64,000 nucleotides of DNA from Scyliorhinus canicula. Lineage: Eukaryota. Numbering within the stretch: the stretch's first letter is position 1; each line of letters starts with the position of its first letter. Positions 50,501-56,500 of this stretch are shown here, piece by piece. The notes under the pieces were generated by a model that was not told where the DNA came from, did not search any database, and was given only the letters and a program-made list of their open reading frames with translations. The position numbers and the translations under genes were made by a program. The stretch lies in the NCBI RefSeq assembly GCF_902713615.1, contig NC_052154.1, forward strand, positions 63,409,652-63,473,651, in the 5' to 3' direction.

Positions 50501-53500
50501 TCAGATTCTCCATCCTATGCCTCAGTGTGTTTGGGGGACTCGATGGGGTTTCTGTGTCTGGAGAAAGTTAAGTTCACCTTGAGAGGGAATGTGAAAGGGT
50601 TTCTCACTTTAAGGAACTGGCCTCCATCAGCTGCTGGGGGGAGGGGGGGGGGGGGGTGAGGGAAGTTAGTTTCTGGTTTATGGGGTGGGGAGGGGGGGTG
50701 CATTTTGTATTTTTGTTTGTCTTTTCCTTATGTTTATGTATAAAATGTTGAAAATTTAATGAAGATTTTTTTTAAGAAACCATTCCCTCATTTTAAGACA
50801 AATTTAAGGTAGATGGTCAGGTTCAGGCTGAAAACCCACGTGCATCTCTGCAGATACACAGCTGAGTTTTTACTCCAGATTTTCTGGCACAGAGAATCTG
50901 AGGGCATGGCTTGTACTGTCATTGTGGTACCTCGGGGTCTGATAGAGCTGGCAAGGCTGACTCAACACAAATCGGGGCACCATCTTTGAAGGGCGCCGCT
51001 ATCTCAAAGTTACATTAAAGGACCCCCTCTCAGCCCCATGGAGATCGGGATCTCCCCCACCCCTCTCCCCACCCTCAACCACCCTCCTACACAACATGAA
51101 CATAGGGGCACCACCAGGGGGCACAGTCAGCAGTGCCAGGGTGCAATACCCAGCCTTGTCCCTCAACCCCGGGACCTCCAGGCACCTTCGCACCCCCGGC
51201 GTGATCAACACAACTAGGTTTCGCTTTTGAAAACCAGGCGTGATTCACGCGGCGTGACATCACGCCGCTACGGGGAAGGTTACGTCATGGGTGAATGCTA
51301 TGGCGTCAAACCCATTAGTTACATTAAAATTTATTTAAATCTATGAACCTGATTACGTCACTGGTGAGGGGCGGGGAAGATCTCAAACTGAGATTCCACC
51401 GGTGTAAATCCCGGTTTTGGCTGCTCACAAGATTTTGTGGCCATTATGGGATTTGTGCTCGCGGCAAACAGGGACGTCAGATCACGATCATGGTCTTTTT
51501 ATTCTTACTTAAATTAATTTGTCTGATGTATGCATCCTTTAAGTGAAACTTTGTTTCTTGAGTAAAACACATACTGCAGGTAACATAAAACTGTTCATGT
51601 GTGTCTGCCAGAACAATTTGGAGAATTATTTTGTAAGTCTCTTTTCGTCTATTTACATTTGTTTTTACCTTGTGAAGAGAAGCATAATCCTCTACATATT
51701 ATTACCGTGCCATCTCAGTGGTAGCCATTAATACCTGCAGTTTATTGTACATCTTTTTCAAAATGTGTCGTTTTTGGAGAAGTGCCTTTGCCGTCTCGGA
51801 GATCTCTAAACCCATTCGAGCCATGCACTCAGCCTCTCTGATCAGCACTGTCAGATAAGGGTCAAAGTTCACAAATATTTCGCCAGTGCCTGGATGCTTC
51901 ACCAGTAAAGATGCCTGGAAACCAAATTGGACAGTGTCCATCTGAAACAGAATTGTGTTGTTTCAATATGTCAGGAAAAGAAATCCAAAATGGTATCCAA
52001 AACTTTAACCTTTTTGCTATTTTTTAAATGCATTTTCTGCAGAACAAAAAGAATAGCTGCTACAAGTCACATTTTGTTTTGGGCGGGATTTTCTGACCCC
52101 CCGCCGGGTCGGAGAATCCCGGGGGGGCGGCGCAAATCCTGCCCCGCCGCCTTGACGCCGGATGCCGTATTCTCCGGCGTCGTTTTCTGGCAGGGGTGGG
52201 ATTCACGCCATGCTGGTCGGGGGTCATTGGCAGCGGCCCCCCCCCCCCCCCGGCGATTCTCCGGGCCCCAATGGGCCGAGCGGCAGTCTGTTTTTGGCCA
52301 GTCCCGCCGGCGTGCATCTCCAGTATTTTCGATACCCGAAAGATTGCCACCATTGTGTCTGGCCAACCTCCACCCCCACAATTTTACATAACGTCCCAAA
52401 CACTGCTTCACAGTAACTCTCCAGCTTCTCGCAACCCCAGAATATGTGTGCATGGCTCGCCGGCCCTCGCCCACATTTCTCGCACTCATCAGCCACCCCT
52501 TGAAAGAACCCACTCATTCTCTTCTGGGTCACGTGCACCCTATGTACCACCTTGAACTGAATCCAGCTCATCCTTACGGCAAGAGGAGGTTAAATTCACC
52601 CTGCGCATCGCCTCACCTCACCCCAGCCTATTTCCTACTCCACCTCCTCCTCCCATTTGTTTTTGATCCTCACCTCCTGTGCCCCCTGCTCCCTACACCA
52701 CCCAGATACATCCCCAATCCTACCCTCTCCCAACTCATCTGGGAGCAGCAATTACTCCAATAGGGGAACCTGGGAAATGGCCTCCACTCCTTTCCTGCAA
52801 AGTCCCTCGCCTGCATGTATCTAAATTGACTCCCCCTCGGCAACTCAAATCTCTTCCCCAGCTCATCCAGGCCCTCAAACTTCCCTTCCAGATACAGGTC
52901 CCTCACCCTTTTCAGTCCCGCCTCTCCCCACTTCCCATCCATCTCCCCCGGCTTAAACCTCTGTCAACACTGACATCCTCTCCAACTTAAAGTGTCTCCG
53001 CAGCCCACACCCTAACTGTTGGCTGTACCACCAGGCTCCCTTTATACTTTCCCGGAGCTAGTGGCAGTGGAGCTGTCACCAGAGCCCTCAAACTGGATCA
53101 CCTACAGGACTCCTCCTCCACCTTGACCCACTCCACATAAAGTAGCCCAACAGTAGTACAGCAGGTGCGGGAGCGCCAGCCCCCCTTTCTGCCTCGGCCT
53201 CTGCAGCAGGATAGGACCCTCTGCGGTAGGATAGGACCCTCTTTACCCTCGGCACCTTCCCTGTCCATGTAAACTCGGAAATCAGTGGGCGGGGTCCTCC
53301 ACTTCTGAGACTAAGTGTTGATGCCAATGGAGAATCCGTGGACTTCAATGACATTATCTGTCCTGAAATCAAAGCCAGTTCCAGACAGTAGATAAACATC
53401 CCTTTTGAAATAATTTTGGAGAAAGAAGGTCACATGACTCGAGTGCAGATTCTGAAATCTCTATATTCCTTTGAGGACTGAGAAATTCTCTGTCTCCTGT

Positions 53501-56500
53501 TTGACATCCAACCTGCAAAACGAAGAAACAGGATACCAGCTGAACAACAGCCTGCTCCTAAAAGCCTGGGCTGGTTTCTCCATCTGGTGCAGCACACCAT
53601 CGGGATTATCCGTTTCTCCGGCTGGTCAATGGGGTTTCCCATTGTGGGGCAGCCCCACGCCGTTGGGATAGCCCCGGGCTGCTGGCAAAACGGTGAATCC
53701 CGGCGGTGGAGAATTCAGCCCCCTGGCTCTGCTGGGAGATTTCCTTCCATCGCCTGCAGAACTGACCATTCTCTGTGTATCAACTTCATCTTGCGGTATT
53801 TGCATCAACTGTAAAAGGAAGATTACAACTCTGGTCTTCAGCCAGTTGAGATCAAGCTCCTCACTGCATTCTGACTCTGAACTCTGACAATCTTGTGATC
53901 TAATATTGACTATTGGTCCTAAAACTTTTTTTCTATCCCCCTTACTGTGTATGAGTGAGTTTAGTGGAGTGGCACATTGCGAACACTCCAACCCGGGTTT
54001 GAATAGGAATAAACTAACCATCTGAGATAATCATAATGCGAGTTTGCGGATTTGGGAAAACACAGCACAGCCTACTTTAAAAAGAATTCAAAAGCATCTT
54101 CAGCTTCGGAACAGTAGGTGAGGGAAAATAAATTCAGATTCCCTTCATCCCTTGACCATAACAATTGAAAATAATAAAAATTTATAAACATATGTCCTCA
54201 TGTATGGACAAATTGAATTCTGATGCAATTCACCAGGTAGATCTTCTTTAGCTCTGAAGTAAATCAAAATAATGTATCTGTAGCTTCCTACTTTTTTCCG
54301 ATCTATGGAGGCAATGCTAAAAATAAATCAATGGCAGTTGAAGTATTTAATCACTAAATTAAATATCAAGAACTTTAATTGCCTAATAGTACTGACAAAA
54401 GATTAATGTACATTACACATCCTTTTAAGTACAGGTACTACTGGATTAAGCACGGGAATAATTTATGGACTTTGCTCTGCCAGCGAAGAGCCTCACCCAT
54501 TGATAGCATAAAACTGGAACATTGGGCAGAATTCTCCGGCTGTTGGGATTTTCTGGCCTGGCTGGCAGGGCATCCCTGTCCACGAGTTTCCTGGTGGCGT
54601 GGCGTGCCTTCAATAGGAAATTCCATTGACAGCAGTGGGAACAGAGAATACTGCCACCAGCGAACGGCACACAGCCAAGAAACACGGCATTGAGGGAACG
54701 GGGAATCCAGCCCATTACCTACACTGTAAGATATTGGCATTTCAAAACAAAAATCCAACAATCTGTTTGTTTTCCACTTCCCATATATCACAACCTTTGT
54801 CATGAAGCAAAGAGCCTGCTTCCATGCTCAAGACGTTTTCATTGCTACCTGTAGAAGATACAGGAGATAAATCAAAGTCTTGTCCAGTGATTTTTCCCGA
54901 TGCCACATATGTGATTAAGAACTCCGTGCCAGTTTTAGGGGTGCGGGCAAAGGGGTGTGGCCACCAATTCAGCAACATTTACAGACATTATTAATAAACT
55001 GAGGGCAGAAATTTCAGCCTTGAAAGAAGATGACCTGAACAAAGTGTTCAAATTTTTAAATTAATTCAACAGAGTAAATAGATATAGAAAAACTCTTTCC
55101 TTTCATGGGGGAAATCATCAACAAGTGGATTTGAAGTTAACATTAGTGCTAGGCCATTTAGAAAGGAAATCAAGTGCACTTTCTCACACAAAGGGCAGTA
55201 GAAATATGGAACTCTCTCCCCGGTAAGGCTGTGGATGCAAGGACAACTAGAGCTTTTAAGATGGAAATCAATAGAGCTTTAAAGATCAGGAAATCAAGGG
55301 ATATGGAGTTAAGGCAGATAGATAATGGAACTGAGGTCCAAATCAGCCTTTATTTAATTGAACAAAACAGGCCTAGAGGACTGAATGGCCTATTCTTGTT
55401 CCTGTGATCGGAGTACAGTTTAGCACATACTTTGATTGTGTACAATTTCTACTGCAGTGTTTTCATCACCCGGAGAATAAACTGGACAGCACTTTCAAAG
55501 AGGTTGCACCGGCAGATCAGGCCAAATGGCCTCAATCCATGGTGTAAGATTCTGGAATTTCGTGATGCTCTCCACTGAATATATTTCACAATTTTGTACT
55601 CTTCAGTCAAAGATTCATGGAACTGGAGTGCATATGTGGAATTTTGGCACAGATTCCAACATGCTCACACAGATTTCCAACCACTAAAAGGAATCTGAAT
55701 TTCTTTAGCCAAATTTAATAAATATTAAGTGAAATTGTGTTACGAAATGTTTTTAAGTTAGCGACAGCACGGTGGCGCAGTGGTTAGCACTGCTGTCTCA
55801 CGGCACCGAGGTCCCAGGATCAATCCCGGCTCTGGGTCACTGTCGGTGTGGAGTTTGCACATTCTCCCCGTGTTTGCGAGGGTTTCATCCCCACAACCCA
55901 AAAATGTGCAGGATAGGTGATTGGCCATGCTAAATTCCCCCTTAATTGGAGAAAACGAATTGGGTACTCTAAATGTTTTTAAAATGAAATGTTATTAAGT
56001 TACAAAATCCATTTTTCTATTTCTCTGTGTGCTTTGTAAACGTGTAGTCTATGGAGATTGTAACATTTAATGTGCAGGATGTTCCATTGCCTGTTACATT
56101 TGTTGCTGCCTAATGTCGAGGACGGGACCCTCTTAAGAACAATAAGAACATAAGAATTAGGAGCAGGAGTAGGCCATCTGGCCCCTCGAGCCTGCTCCGC
56201 CATTCAATGAGATCATGGCTGATCTTTTGTGGACTCAGCTCCACTTTCCGGCCCGAACACCATAACCCTTAATCCCTTTATTCTTCAAAAAACTATCTAT
56301 CTTTACCTTAAAAACATTTAATGAAGGAGCCTCAACTGCTTCACTGGGCAAAGAATTCCATAGATTCACAACCCTTTGGGTGAAGAAGTTCCTCCTAAAC
56401 TCAGTCCTAAATCTACTTCCCCTTATTTTGAGGCTATGCCCCCTAGTTCTGCTTTCACCCGCCAGTGGAAACAACCTGCCTGCATCTATCCTATCTATTC

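Larger units (their letters stand above)
46200..50770 (+). mobile_element. Degenerate L1 ORF2, near full length, with nested solo LTR and SINE pieces
   Basis: MVTWNIQGL...LQETHL endonuclease start at 46330, RT fragments, [16 protein letters not shown]; many stops and frameshifts. Confidence 0.85.
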